Shown here one piece after another: positions 1 through 18,404 of a DNA stretch of 64,000 bases (positions within the stretch are counted from its first letter, which is position 1; every line of letters starts with the position of its first letter). The notes under the pieces were generated by a model that was not told where the DNA came from, ran no database searches, and was given only the letters and a program-made list of their open reading frames with translations. Source of the stretch: Tubulanus polymorphus (Eukaryota; Animalia; Nemertea); NCBI RefSeq assembly GCF_964204645.1, contig NC_134034.1:2993814-3057813 (forward strand), given 5' to 3'. The translations under genes and the position numbers were made by a program.

Positions 1-390
1 GGAACGGTTGAGAGGTCAGCGAGTGCATTTTTAAGCGAGAGTCGTTCGTTTCCTCGCGAACACGCATTCTTTAATATAGATTTCTTTGATCTATCGACGG
101 GAATGATTTCTCCTCTGAGGCCGCATGGGGTCCGGCGCGCGCGCTCGCGCGAGTACCGTCGAACCGTCGAACAAAAACAAAAACAAACTTCTAAGCCATA
201 TTCTCTCCTGGTTAGAGATCAATTAACCAAAATCAATCCGTTTCAGCTCTAGGGGGTATATATGACTACCCCATAAAAAGTCCAGTTCACGGAAACGACT
301 GAGGATTAGAAATACTCGGTATTGTAGGTGCACGTACCCCAAACAACAGGATCAGAAATTTCCAGAATTTTGGATTCGTCAAATAGTTCA

Positions 391-1395
391 CTCCTAGTGA
401 AATGGTTCAGTCGTAGTTAAATAGTTTAGTCCTAGTTAAATGGTTCAGTCCTTGTGAAATGTACCAGTCCTAGTGAAATGGTTTAGTCCTAGTGAAATGT
501 ACCAGTCCTAGTGAAATGTACCAGTCCTAGTGAAATGGTCCAGTCCTAGTGAAATGTACCAGTCCTAGTGAAATGGTTCAGTCGTAGTTAAATAGTTTAG
601 TCCTAGTTAAATGGTTCAGTCCTTGTGAAATGTACCAGTCCTAGTGAAATGGTTTAGTCCTAGTGAAATGTACCAGTCCTAGTGAAATGTACCAGTCCTA
701 GTGAAATGGTCCAGTCCTAGTGAAATGTACCAGTCCTAGTGAAATGGTTCAGTCGTAGTTAAATAGTTTAGTCCTAGTTAAATGGTTCAGTCCTTGTGAA
801 ATGTACCAGTCCTAGTGAAATGGTTTAGTCCTAGTGAAATGTACCAGTCCTAGTGAAATGTACCAGTCCTAGTGAAATGGTCCAGTCCTAGTGAAATGTA
901 CCAGTCCTAGTGAAATGGTTCAGTCGTAGTTAAATAGTTTAGTCCTAGTTAAATGGTTCAGTCCTTGTGAAATGTACCAGTCCTAGTGAAATGGTTTAGT
1001 CCTAGTGAAATGTACCAGTCCTAGTGAAATGTACCAGTCCTAGTGAAATGGTTCAGTCCTAGTGAAATGGTTCAGTCCTAGTGAAATGTACCAGTCCTTG
1101 TGGAAATGGTCAGTCCTAGTGAAATGTCCCAGTCCTAGTGAAATGGTTCAGTCCTAGTTAAATGGTTCAGTCGTTGTGAAATGTCCCAGTCCTAGTGAAT
1201 GGTTCAGTCCTAGTGAAATGGTTCAGTCCCAGAAAAATGGTTCAGTCCTAGTAAATGTATCAGTCCTAGTAAATGTATCAGTCCTAGTGAAACGGTTCAG
1301 TCCCAGAAAAATGGACCAGTTTTAGTAAAATGATTTGGTCCTAGTGAATGGATCAACCCCAGAAAAATGATCCAGTCCTAGCGAAATGGTCCATT
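391..1395. repeat. 19-bp satellite (CAGTCCTAGTGAAATG-GTT/TAC) with a 171-bp (9x19) higher-order repeat
   Basis: Tandem 19-mers. The variant GTCGTAGTT recurs at 410, 581, 752 and 923 (period 171). The array degenerates after ~1090. Confidence 0.93.
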
Positions 1396-2094
1396 TGTTA
1401 GACTCCAAACATTTTTAAAGGTAACGGCATTTGTCACGAAGCGGTATCTCAAAAGGAACTATATCAATGCAGCTTCAAAGGAAGCGCTCTCCAACCACGC
1501 TATCGATCTGTTGTTTTTAAATATCATTGACTGTATCGCGTCGCAAGGCCCATCCCTACCCGAGGCAGATGGCCGCTAATGGAATACATTTGACGGGTAT
1601 ACTTAACTAGATCTGAACGCGCTGCGTAAATTCCCACAACTCGGAAACAATATTCGACATCTTTACCCTTTTGTCGGTGCGGTTTTTTAGATCGGCGAAA
1701 ACTTTTGAAGTTTTGAATCGCGCCCGACTGAAATATCAGCTCTATATAGCGCGGGCGACCGATGTCGATTCTTTGGCTTGTCAAAATATTTTTGCATACT
1801 ATACCGCTGAGTCGCCTGGGGGTATAGGAAGGGGTCGTTGTTTAATGAAACGATCCGAATAACTGATATTTGACATTTCGATCAAAAAGCCACTCTGTTT
1901 TGTTTGATCCGATCGATATTTCAGGGCCGCCAAACGATAGCGCGCCGCGTGCAACGAGAATAATCGACATTTTTCGTGAAAATAAAAAGGTTTTCGACGG
2001 TGATGAGATATCCTTTGATCGGAAAAGATCAAATGTTTTGTGCCGTCGTCGTCCGAGGCCCCGGATAGCCGGAGCAGACCTATATACAACGAAA

Positions 2095-2700
2095 ACTTGA
2101 GTCAAATTAAACCCGAACCCAAACAACCCGTGGAACTGGATCTAGAGTTAGATTATACCCACACAACTGTGGAAGTGCAATCAGAGTCAATTTGAACCAC
2201 ACCTGTGGAACTGGATCCAGAATCACATTAGACCCACACAACTGTGAAACTGGGCTCAGAGCCAAATGAAACCCTCACAACTTTGGAACTGGTTTCAGAG
2301 CCAAATTAAACCCACACAACTGTGCAACTGGATTCAGAGACAAGTTAAACCCACACAACTGTGGAACTGCGATCAGAGTTAGATTAAACCCACACAACTA
2401 TGGAACTGCAATCAGAGTCAAATTGAACCACACAATTGTGGAACTGGATCTAGAGTCGAATCGAACCCATACAACTGTGGAACTAGATCCATAGTCAAAT
2501 TAAACCTACACAACTGTGCAACTGGACCGAAAGTCAATCCACGCAACTGTAGACCTGGATCCAGCGTCAAGTTAAACCCATACAACTGTGAAACTGGATC
2601 CAGAGGTCAAATTAAACCCAAACAACTGTGGAACTGGATCCAGAGCCAAATTGAAATCAGACAAAGTGTAGAACTTGATACAGAGTCAGCTTAGAGCAGA
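2095..2700. repeat. ~39-bp degenerate minisatellite (ACTGTGGAACTGGATCCAGAGTCAAATTAAACCCACACA)
   Basis: CAACT recurs at 2239, 2278 and 2317; about 15 units. Confidence 0.88.
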
Positions 2701-3353
2701 AAAACTGGTTCAATCGGACTAATTTGTATACCCCCATGTGGTTCAATACAGTTTGTATTTGACGCACATTCAAAACTATCACACTCCAAATGAAAATAAT
2801 ACATTATTTCGCTGGTTTTAAGGTTAAAAACGTGGATTTCCTCATAACAATGATTTGCGCGTTCAATTTCGATTTCTATGAAACGGAAAACTGCTCGATT
2901 TTATAACGCAACACAGGTGTCTGTTCATTGTAAATCGTAGCGAACGTGACCAATGATCAAAGTCGGCGAGTCTTTGATGTTTGTCCTAAAGACAATATAC
3001 CAATCTCCGATCAGGGAACGTTCTTCTTAGAAACGCGAATACAACAACATACGATATTCGGCCAATCTTGAAGAGCTATCGCTGAAAGATTCTCTAACTA
3101 AACTATTAACTTATTCGGTATTAACTATTTGACGACGAAGATCGCCCAATTGTCCGTAAAGATTAAAATACGGGAAATGGCCGAGCAAACCGTGCTCATC
3201 CTCGATTGCCGCAGTCAACATTACCGGTATGAATAATACAGCCAGACCCGACGATCCGGATCGGCAAAAACCGCCCTTTTGGACTCGAATCTCGACTATA
3301 ATATGGACCCGGCTCAATAGGGGTATGTGTGTAAACTATGAATACACATATAC

Positions 3354-3644
3354 CAGGTCCTCAGCGGCAGGATTTAGAGAGTGGGGGTTATTTGATATAA
3401 AAGGGCGCTTTCTGATTGCATCTATGCATGAAAACTTCCCTTTGTCGTCAATGAAATTGCCCTTTTATGTGGAGAGGGTGCCCTTTTTGTAAAAGAGGTG
3501 CCCTGTGTCTATGTGAAAGTGCCCTTTCGTACAGTGTGCCCAAGGTAAAGGAGTAAAGGGGTTTAATTCAAATGAGTACATCTCAGAAAAGGGCACTATC
3601 GGCCAAATGGGGGGTTACCAGTAACCCCCTCTGCTACGGGCCTG
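3354..3644. mobile_element. Degenerate MITE with CAGG...CCTG ends (hAT-like)
   Basis: Imperfect terminal inverted repeat CAGGTCCTCAGC / GCTACGGGCCTG, with internal GTGCCCT/AGGGCAC subrepeats. Confidence 0.5.
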
Positions 3645-4059
3645 CATCTGCAACAAAATAAAGAAATTTCAAGACGGACATCGCGAGAACTGACCTTGAA
3701 CCTTCAAAATTTCATCGAGAATACAATTTCATTGCGTTCAGTTTTTTTAGTGATGGAGGCGTTTTTTCACGAATGCCTCACGTAAAAAAAGACAAAAAAA
3801 AAAAACATTTCGACTGCCAGACGAATTGAGTCATGATTTCCGTGACTATTTCTCGCGACTTATTTTTTGTTTTATCACCAGACGATGATTTAGGAACCAT
3901 CGTCGTCGCAACGCGGATGATTCAGAGCGCTCTCTCGTGAGGGGCACCAATTTCAGTAGAGCTGACTGTGCAACAGTCGTAAAACGATGACTAGAAAACC
4001 TACGTGAGTTCAATGCAAATAAATGTATTTATTACAGATAAATGTATTTATTACGGAAC

Positions 4060-4331
4060 TAAGGCCTTTTTTAGACTCATTAGAATTCGGAGGAGGAGGA
4101 CCGCAGACGGGAATAAAAAAATCATTCTTATTTGACTTTTCTTCATATTTCGGGAGGTGGTTCCCGTAAAACCGGGCTATCACAAAAAGACCTAAGAAAA
4201 AACGGCTCGATAATGCAAGTAAAATGTCACGACTTTTCATTTCTATAACCGCCGGGTCAGTTACGGTAAAATTGATCACGAATTTTAAAAAGTAATGTAT
4301 AGGGTAGATAGGCGGCCGGCCGGGTCAAATT

Positions 4332-4381
<50 letters not shown>

Positions 4382-4625
4382 TTATTGAGCCTAAAATCGA
4401 TATAAAATATGCTCATTGGCTTTACAATATAAAAACACAATTTAAACATAAAGATAAAAAAAACAATTTACATCATTAGTTAAAAGCTTTAGTGAAGAAA
4501 TGGGTTTTAAGTTGCGATTTAAAAACATCAGTAGAAGGACTAGATTTGGTAAGGAGTTCCAAAGTAGTGGGGCGGAGTAAGAAAAGCAGAGCGGAGAAAC
4601 AAGGTATCAATTTGTTTTAGCCCTA
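4060..4625. mobile_element. Non-autonomous DNA element (same family as 13666-13880), interrupted by a LINE fragment
   Basis: 4230-4330 and 4585-4625 are the reverse complement of 13670-13800 and 51060-51200 (GGGTAGATAGGCGGCCGGCCGGGTCAA; GCGGAGAAACAAGGTATCA). Confidence 0.65.
4334..4590 (-). mobile_element. 5'-truncated L2/CR1-group LINE 3' end with an (ATT)n tail
   Basis: The minus strand reads FSYSAPLLWNSLP, then after a frameshift SPSTDVFKSQLKTHFFTKAFN*, the typical L2/CR1 ORF2 C-terminus. It is followed by a 3'UTR and an (ATT)n tail at 4334-4380. Confidence 0.8.
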
Positions 4626-6046
4626 AAATCATCGCAAATTGGTATTTGTGTGGAAGATCCAATTGTTCCGTCATCGAAAGCTGGATGTTACGCGAACTCA
4701 TTGAAAACAATTTGTAATTGATTTGATTTATTACCAAAGGAACATATTACTTTCATTACATTAACGTAACATTTCAAAATACACGGTAAACGTTGATCTA
4801 TTCTCTTTGTAGTCGGTCGAATTTTCGTTCATAAAAAGAATGAATGGTTCTAGATTGTCGGTATTGATATCTACGCTGATATTATATTCAACAAGTATCA
4901 ACCCGCATAGTATCATCGTCGGTAGCGGCACTCGGCCGGTGTTTTCACCAATTCGCGTCACAATCTTATTAATTTACCTTCCGCAATAAAACCGACCGCT
5001 AATGGAACATCTATGACCTAAAGCGGCAATAAAACGACGATTAGCCGGCCATTTTACGACTCGGGTTACGCGAAAATTACCGCTGTCGTCAACCGTTCGC
5101 GAAGATTTACGACATTTCGAAGCAGGATGATGACGACGCTAGTAGCAGACGACTTCTTGGAACGACGAATCCGTCGGTTTACTCACCTTCGACAATTAAT
5201 GATATTATAAACCCCTAGCTCCCTCCCGCTCTCTCGGTAAACAACAGGTGTAAACAAATAATCAATGATGTTATTGGGCAGACGATCGATTATTGGACCG
5301 AAGCCAACTCTAATCGGATATCACGGAGAGCCCGAATATCCGCAGGCACGACGACGCCAAGGGGCGGGGGCATAGGTCGAGTCCGAAACCCCGAAGCCCT
5401 AACGTATTATACCAGCGGTTGATGCAGGATCGATGGGGATACTCCCTACTGGTCAATCGGTTGAACCCTTATCATATTAACTGCATTCACCGGAGACGCC
5501 AAATTAGAAAATCAAAAAATTAGTCTCATTTTCGTGTACTCTGAGGGTTTTTAGGTCAAGCAAGACAAGCAAGTTCATTGACGATCATGTCACTCGATTA
5601 TGATGACTTTAACTAACTTAAAACTCAGGCAGATTTGGCTGCCTTTGGAAGCTTTCTCCTTAGCTTTCAGGAGGAGACTAGAAACGCGTGTTAAACTTGG
5701 GGAGTATAGGCCTACAAGAGGTGTTTACAACGAGGGCAGAGGAGACGTGTTAAAACACACCGCTTGTGATACCGATAGGGCTAGATCGTCGTAGGGCTAG
5801 ATCGTCGTTTTCTGTTTTGATATTTTGCAGATCATTAGCGAAATCCCGCAATAATTCAACCGGGAATTAATACGCCTGAATGAATTCTTTAGCCGAAACG
5901 TTGCTAAGAATATTCCCTTTGGCTCGCCAACTTTATTTCTCGGCCGTAGATTAATTAATGATGTTGGGAACAATTTTTGGGAATATGGAAGTTTCGCCGC
6001 TCAGGTTAAAAAGAAAATTAAAGGAAAGAAAAACGAAAACTGAACC

Positions 6047-6119
6047 TGCCGAAACCCGGGATCGAACCAGGGACCTTTAGATCTTCAGTCTAACGCTCTC
6101 CCAACTGAGCTATTTCGGC
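6047..6119 (-). tRNA. tRNA-Phe (GAA)
   Basis: The reverse complement is GCCGAAATAGCTCAGTTGGGAGAGCGTTAGACTGAAGATCTAAAGGTCCCTGGTTCGATCCCGGGTTTCGGCA, the canonical metazoan tRNA-Phe, with a T-run terminator downstream. Confidence 0.98.
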
Positions 6120-7539
6120 CGGTAGTAATTGTCACGGCTTCACTACAATTTAAACCTCAAATCAATTCTGCATGTAGGCATGCAATACCGCTCAGCTCGC
6201 TGTTTCTAAAGTAATTATTCCCGTTTGGACTATTCAAAGTTGATACCCTGTTTCTCATCCCGACCTCTTTCCTTTCGTAGACGTGACGAGGGCGGGCGAA
6301 TTTTTTGAATTGGTTAGCTTTTTTGAAATAGGAAATTGTGGAAATGGAACTCGTATATTTTCATATTTTCCAAGGACACGAGCCGGCGGGAGGTTTTTTA
6401 TTTTTAAATCCACAAATTATTCAGTGCATAATGTATATTATATGAGACAAGGGCGGAAGTTTTTCAGAGACTCGATCCATACAAGTTCAAGTGGACATCT
6501 TCATTTTGCTTGTTTTCCCGTTACAGTAACTAAAACATCTGAACTTCGAACCGAGTGACTGCATTATGAAATGGCATAATGTATAATCTCGCGTCATGCC
6601 CGATGATTTTGTGAATGGCTGGGGATGTCATCCTCATTATCGAAACTAAGAACACTAATTTTTCTCTTGATTGACTGCTTTATTAGGACACATGAGCCAA
6701 ACTTATGGCTGAAGGTCGTTCTACTCGATTATAATGAATGACTCCAGTTCATCATAGAAAAATTGAAATGTTCAATAACCGACACTACTTTTACACAATA
6801 CTGATTATCGACAGAAGCGAAATGCTTAAAAAAAGATTACGGTACAGTACAACGCGTCATCGGGCGCGCGTGAGGTGTTTTATATCAAAAAGAAACGACC
6901 GTAAGCAATCTGACGCGAGTTTCGGACTTGGCGATCTTCTTTTGGCTTTCGGGAGTGACGCGGGCCGGTTTCGCGATTTGATGAGAAACAAGGTATCAAC
7001 TTCGAAGGACCTTAATTTCTTAACAATTTCGCTAATCATTTTCATCGCCACGCCGCTGCGTCGTGATGGTAACAGTTAAGGGACCTCCACCAACTATCGC
7101 GGTCTACAGTACGTAAGTTCCTCCAGGAAAGTTAGCGTCACTTGTCGTCGATCAAGTTCAATGTCCACAAGGGCTGAATTATTGTAGGATTTCCCTCGGA
7201 TATGAGACGGTGCCATTTAGTTCGAATACTGTCTGTAGTACCCTGTGACTCAGGCTCCTTTTCGTCATTCCAACACATTAAAAGCGATCGCCACTCAGCA
7301 TCCATCCGGCAAAGTAGGCCTACTCATACAGCGATGTCAGCAGCATACGAAAGAACATGTTCTACTCTCAGGGGTACCAGAACATATCAGAAACTAAATT
7401 AAACTAAATTGATAGACCATCCATATATTTAGTCCGTACGCACGATAGAGGGGAGAGGGGTCTATGAAAATGCATACAAATGCGTACAAGGGAGGGAGGG
7501 GTACGTGGCCTCCGCCTACGGTACACACCTAATAATCAC

Positions 7540-7680
7540 ACGTAATGTCCAGTAAGTTCTTGGTATATAACTTAGTCTTAAGCCAGAGTATGCAGGGCAT
7601 GTTAAGGCAAAAAAATGGTACTCGTCCTCAATTTCATTCAGATTACAACGTCTGCGAATACGATCATTATTTCTAACTCT
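7540..7680 (-). mobile_element. Non-LTR retrotransposon ORF2 C-terminal Cys/His motif fragment (second copy ~45400-45540)
   Basis: The translation RCNLNEIEDEYHFFALTCPAYSGLR matches the CxxC..IEDExHFxxxCPxYxxLR motif at LINE ORF2 C-termini. Confidence 0.6.
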
Positions 7681-8283
7681 AGTAACATCAGGTCGAATTT
7701 TCATGTTCATAAAACGCGTGGTTGAATTTTCAGATTCATAAATTACAACTCTTCTGACTGAAGATCATCATATCGTAGAAAAACGGCTGTTGCAGTTTTT
7801 CAGAACACGTCGGTCCCCACTTATCTAACCTTAGAATAATAAACTTAATCTGTTACTATCCGACGGGGGTTTTCAAAAATAATTGATAAAATTTCAAGAT
7901 ATAGGTTTATTGTATTTTGGTCCGTAACAGGTGTTGTTATTCGGAGATTGCATTCTTGCGCATGTCTTCATAAGGAGTTACCGCGGACCGGACTCGGAGT
8001 AACAATTCGTGGAAGCTGAACGTAAGTGCTGTTCCGGTATCAATTTCTCGGAGTTTGACATTGTAATATAACTTATTAAAAGTGTATAAAGTGAGAATTG
8101 TATTTAGTCGATATTTTTAAATGAAGATTTCATTGGCGAACGTGAATTTTCGCAAGAATTCTATCTAGTTTTTTGTTCCGAATCGAAAATCGTGGATAAG
8201 AAATGAATCTGACTCTTTTTCTTGATTCGAATTCGGTTTTATTACCATTTCAGTAAAACAGTTTTTGTTCGATTCGAGTCAAG

Positions 8284-11422
<3,139 letters not shown>

Positions 11423-13665
11423 TCGATAATTCCGAAGGAAGCCGATTGAAAAAAACAAACAAAATGGAGTTTCAATGACCGCAGTATCCTTTGCAAAGAA
11501 TTACCTGTCATCTGAATAGTTAATAAGATATAGTGATATATCCATAAGTCGTTTTCTATTTTGTTTTTCTGTGGGATTTTCGTCAAATCGTGTTGGTTTT
11601 CACGCCGGTAAATCAGAACTTCAAAACTCGGGTTAAAACGCGTCGCTGTTCGTCACAATTATCGACTTCAAATCGATCGGGTCAATACGCGCTACATATC
11701 TCTTTAAGCGAAGGAAAAGCCGACAAAATCTCCGGGATCTTCCGGGATCTGTCCAGCTGGGGTGCAGTACGGCATAGTATTAACTAAAGGTAAATTGCGC
11801 GCGCATCGTCTGCGTGTTGAGTCTCGTTCTCGATCGTTTATCGATCCAACGCGTTCAAGTCGCGACGCGTTTTAAAACCGATACATCTATGTGCGGTACA
11901 GGCGTTTCATTCCTTTCCTAGACGCCGATCATTTCCCGTTTCGCAAACATAAAAGAAGCGGAATATGAACAAACTTTAACGATGTCAGGCTAATGGTAAA
12001 ATGTTCCGCGTATAAGTAGAAATTACGTTCGTCGACCACAGGTCCGTGGAAGTTATTGAAAAGGAGACGGTCGCCTTAGAACACGTATCAGAATTTTGCT
12101 CCGTGAAATCATGGCCTTCTAAAACCTCTTGTAGTTTTGAAAAAAAAACCCTGCGCAATCGTAAGAACGCAATTAAGAGTTTTGACGTTTGGACCGAAAT
12201 ACTTGCTCCGTTTTAAAAAAGACTTCGTACGTCAAACTTTTCTTTATTTCGCGTTTTCGTCGATTCACTTCTCAGTGGTTTTCACAGTTTTCACAGTTTT
12301 CACAGTTTTTCAAAGTTTTCACAGTTTTCACAGTTTTTTTCCTGTGCTTTTAAACATCGGTCGAATATCGATGGTGAATTCACTGATCGGTTGTCACGTC
12401 TACGAATATTTGTCGAATTCCCTGGCTGCTTGCAGTTCCTGATAGTAGCCATATCTGCATCATTCACCCGTCAAGGGATTCGAACCCACTACGCTAAAGC
12501 TGTTCCCCGAACCCCTTGACCTCACGAGTCGTTGGAGTCGTTACTAGCCGACCAGAATCCGGTCGTACCAATCACAGCGCTTGTAACAAACCGTCAGTAG
12601 ACTTCTGTTGGTTTTCCCGTTAAATTGACCAATCAGCGAACGTCTTACCGAACAAGGAAGTATTTCGCAAATCGATATATGACGTCACGCGCAACAGCGC
12701 CAGTAATAAAATCACGCTTCGTGAGGCCAGGGGGCTGGTGGAAGCGAGTTCGGGAGTGACCGGACCCCTGGCAAGCGAGGATGCCATATCTGTAGAACGC
12801 GCGGCAATTGTGCTCTTCCCGTTCACAATTCAATTCAATTAAATTTAATCTTTATTGCACCTTAATATATTAGTGACATTATTGGCTTTTCACAATGAAG
12901 AGGAGAACAAGAATCAAGTGTCAAAAAGGAGAGTACATGCATAGCATATATATCGGAAGATGAAAGAACCAGATAAAATTTGTAGCAGTCTCTATACAAA
13001 TATGATAAGAAGATAAGCAGATACACTATAGTTTTTCGATACTATGCCGACTATGATCCGACAGTCCGAGACTGTTCATATGATTACATCCCGTTTGACA
13101 TGTACACCGATATTCGCCCGAAGCGCCGTTTATATTATTTTCGGTATCGATACATTGGTCTTCCCCGGGGTACTTAGCAAGCAGTAATAACGGATTTTTC
13201 TGACGATTTGGATGTAACTGTGAGATATTTTAAATATTTCTTTTTTTTCAAATACAAGTCTATATTATAGAAAAATAGAAATACGACATAGAATTGACAA
13301 ATTTCCGACTTAGGTCTTGAAAGACATTATGAGTGAGCTCCATTACAAAAGACGGCGTATATATAGTTTTCTGCAATAATTGGTTGTAATATACGTAATA
13401 TTTGTATTCTGCACGATAATCACCACCCGCGTTTTAATTCTGCCTTCATCGGTGATAATCGTATCAAATTCTGTTATAAACATCCAGTTATTAAGAAGTT
13501 CAGAGATGGTTTCGACTGAAACAGAAAACTACGAAATCGAAACGTACGACAAGCAGTAACGCTTGTATCAGTTTCACTCGCATTAGCGCAATGTTCGCAT
13601 AACCAAACGCTGTTGCTGCGTTCGTACATACCTCGGAGCAATAAGACTTTTCCTTTAGAAATATA

Positions 13666-13880
13666 AGGCTAAAAAAAATTGATACCTTGTTTCGCTGAGC
13701 TTAAATGTTGACCCGGCCGGCCGCCTATCTACCCTATACATTACTTTTTTTTAAAATCGTGATCAATTTTACCATAACAGACCCGGCCGCTATAGAAATG
13801 AACTGTTTATAAATTTTATCATATTTTACAAAAATGACCAGGCCGCTGCGGAGAAACAAGGTATCATTTTTGTTTAGCCT
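13666..13880. mobile_element. MITE with AGGCTAAA...TTTAGCCT terminal inverted repeats (copies ~29020-29233, ~51058-51280)
   Basis: TIR GGCTAAAAAAAATTGATACCTTGTTTC / GAAACAAGGTATCATTTTTGTTTAGCC. Confidence 0.7.
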
Positions 13881-14505
13881 AGTCAGTCGTTTTGTGTAAC
13901 CATTCAATTCAATTTCTACATCTTGGGACGTTGAATTCGCGGTTTTATTCCGAACACGAATCCGCAGTAGAAATTCAGTCAAATGAGTTGTTAATCGTTC
14001 ACTCTGGTATCTGTTGCGGTATTTACTTATCATCAGTATAAGGCCATTTCTCTGACACGCCACATTAGGGTATAATTAGGGTAAAAACCTCATAATTGGA
14101 AATCGACCAAAATGATTTATGAAAAATGTAAAAAAAAGTTGGGCTACAGTGATAACTGAATTGGTTCCTTGAATATTTTCTACATGCATTTCTCGGTGAT
14201 GTTAAACATCCATCCGGTGACTTCAGTCGGTCGATGATATCGGAATTCGTTTTGCACACGTGTTACAAACTGTCGGTCAAATACTAAGTTGCGACATGTG
14301 CTGGGATTCAGTTGTCTGAGCCTCTTCAATTTCTCGATTTTGACGTTGTCGTGGCCGTTGTTTAGATAAAGCGTGGTCGACGCAATCGCCACAGTCGAGA
14401 ATTAGTTGTGACACATGTTTTCAATTGTCGAAACCTATTGACGACTCTCTAAATCTTTGCAATGGTCGATGATGCTCGAGTTGTCGTTGGGTAAATAAAT
14501 TCGTG

Positions 14506-14571
14506 TATAAAATGGCCAACGCGGCCACCATCTGAAACAGTGTTCATTCTCTGCGGTAAGAAGCGGTAAGT
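14506..14571 (+). promoter_or_regulatory. Putative TATA box and non-coding first exon of TIMP-B
   Basis: TATAAAA at 14506-14512, an initiator-like CAGT/TCATT ~30-37 nt downstream, donor G|GTAAGT at 14566, and a matching acceptor TTACCATTTCAG ~30 nt before the ATG at 15615. Confidence 0.55.
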
Positions 14572-14665
14572 GCTCCATAACATTATGGTTGGTTTTCTTT
14601 CTTGTCTAAACACGGCGCGGTTTTCGCAGCTCGGCGTTAAAGTTAGCAGAATATGTACTGGTTAC

Positions 14666-15081
14666 TACGGAAGCGATAAAGGGCCTCGAGATGTCGCGTT
14701 CAAACTTGACAAGTCGTCATATTTATGTCGACATACCGCGATATATCGCGTCAAGTCGACATGAATATGTCGATATATCGTGACGTTTTGACGACATATT
14801 TCGTTCTCTCGACCACTTTCCACGCGGCAAGTCGACATATTCACGACGACTTGAAACTCAGTCGTCATTTCACTGGTGTCCTCATCTTCCATTTAGACGT
14901 GTCTTCAAATGACGGCTTGTCCCGTGGAAAATGGGCGAAAAAGCGAAATTTGTCGTGAAAACGTCACGATATGTCGACATATTCATGTCGACTTGACGCG
15001 ATATATCGCGATATATCGACATAAATATGGCGACTTGTCGAGTTGGAACGCGACATCTCGAGGCCCCTTATCGCGTCCGTA
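14666..15081. mobile_element. Palindromic Tc1/mariner-type MITE with TA target site (copies 30019-30434, 52066-52481)
   Basis: ~170-bp inverted arms TA|CGGAAGCGATAAGGGGCCTCGAG...CTCGAGGCCCCTTATCGCTTCCG|TA, with terminal ends perfect in copy 3. Confidence 0.85.
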
Positions 15082-15614
15082 TAAACGTATTCTCGATCTC
15101 TCGAACGGGTTCCTGGTTTGCGTACGATTTTCGTAACGAGCAGGCGATGTCATTATCTATCGTTACAACAATGTAGTTTATTCTTTATCATCATCAAAGT
15201 GTGTGTACTACAGTGTGTTACAATAATGTGTCCTTCACATTCAGGCGTGACCAACCGTAATCTATGAAAAGTATAAATTCTTCGCTTTTTGAATTTTTGA
15301 AATGAATAAATTAATTCATTCATTTTTATACGTTAATACCTAGTATGCGTTAGGGGTTCCGTGTGAACTGTGCGCGTTGTGCACAACGTCATCAATATTG
15401 GCGTTTCAAAATATAAAAACGATATTTGGACGTCTATTTTGTAATCAAACATAATAGACTCCGATTTTCTATTCAATAAATTTCTTATTGATGATTTTAT
15501 CGTTTTCTAGTTTAGTTCTAATCGTGGAGAGAATGAATTTCCCTTTTTTATGCTGAATTTTATTTTCGGTTTTATTACCATTTCAGGAAAACAGTTGTCG
15601 CTCGAGAAGTCAAT

Positions 15615-18404
<2,790 letters not shown>

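Noticed and set aside
1-360. GC-rich palindromic patch and possible transposon end
   Set aside because: No partner terminus or coding signal could be identified within the window.
11423-11515. Possible stop-codon readthrough extending TIMP-A to an in-frame Cys
   Set aside because: It needs two stops to be bypassed, and the downstream peptide differs by indels between copies.
12470-12500. tRNA-like GGGATTCGAACCC
   Set aside because: It is an isolated B-box with no cloverleaf.
13500-13555. Hammerhead-like GGTTTCG...CGAAATC-GAAACGTACGAC (a similar decayed motif at ~3875-3920)
   Set aside because: The CUGAnGA core and the cleavage triplet are mutated; at most a decayed remnant.
14570-15136. 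Mirror-image ORFs on both strands
   Set aside because: An artefact of the palindromic MITE.
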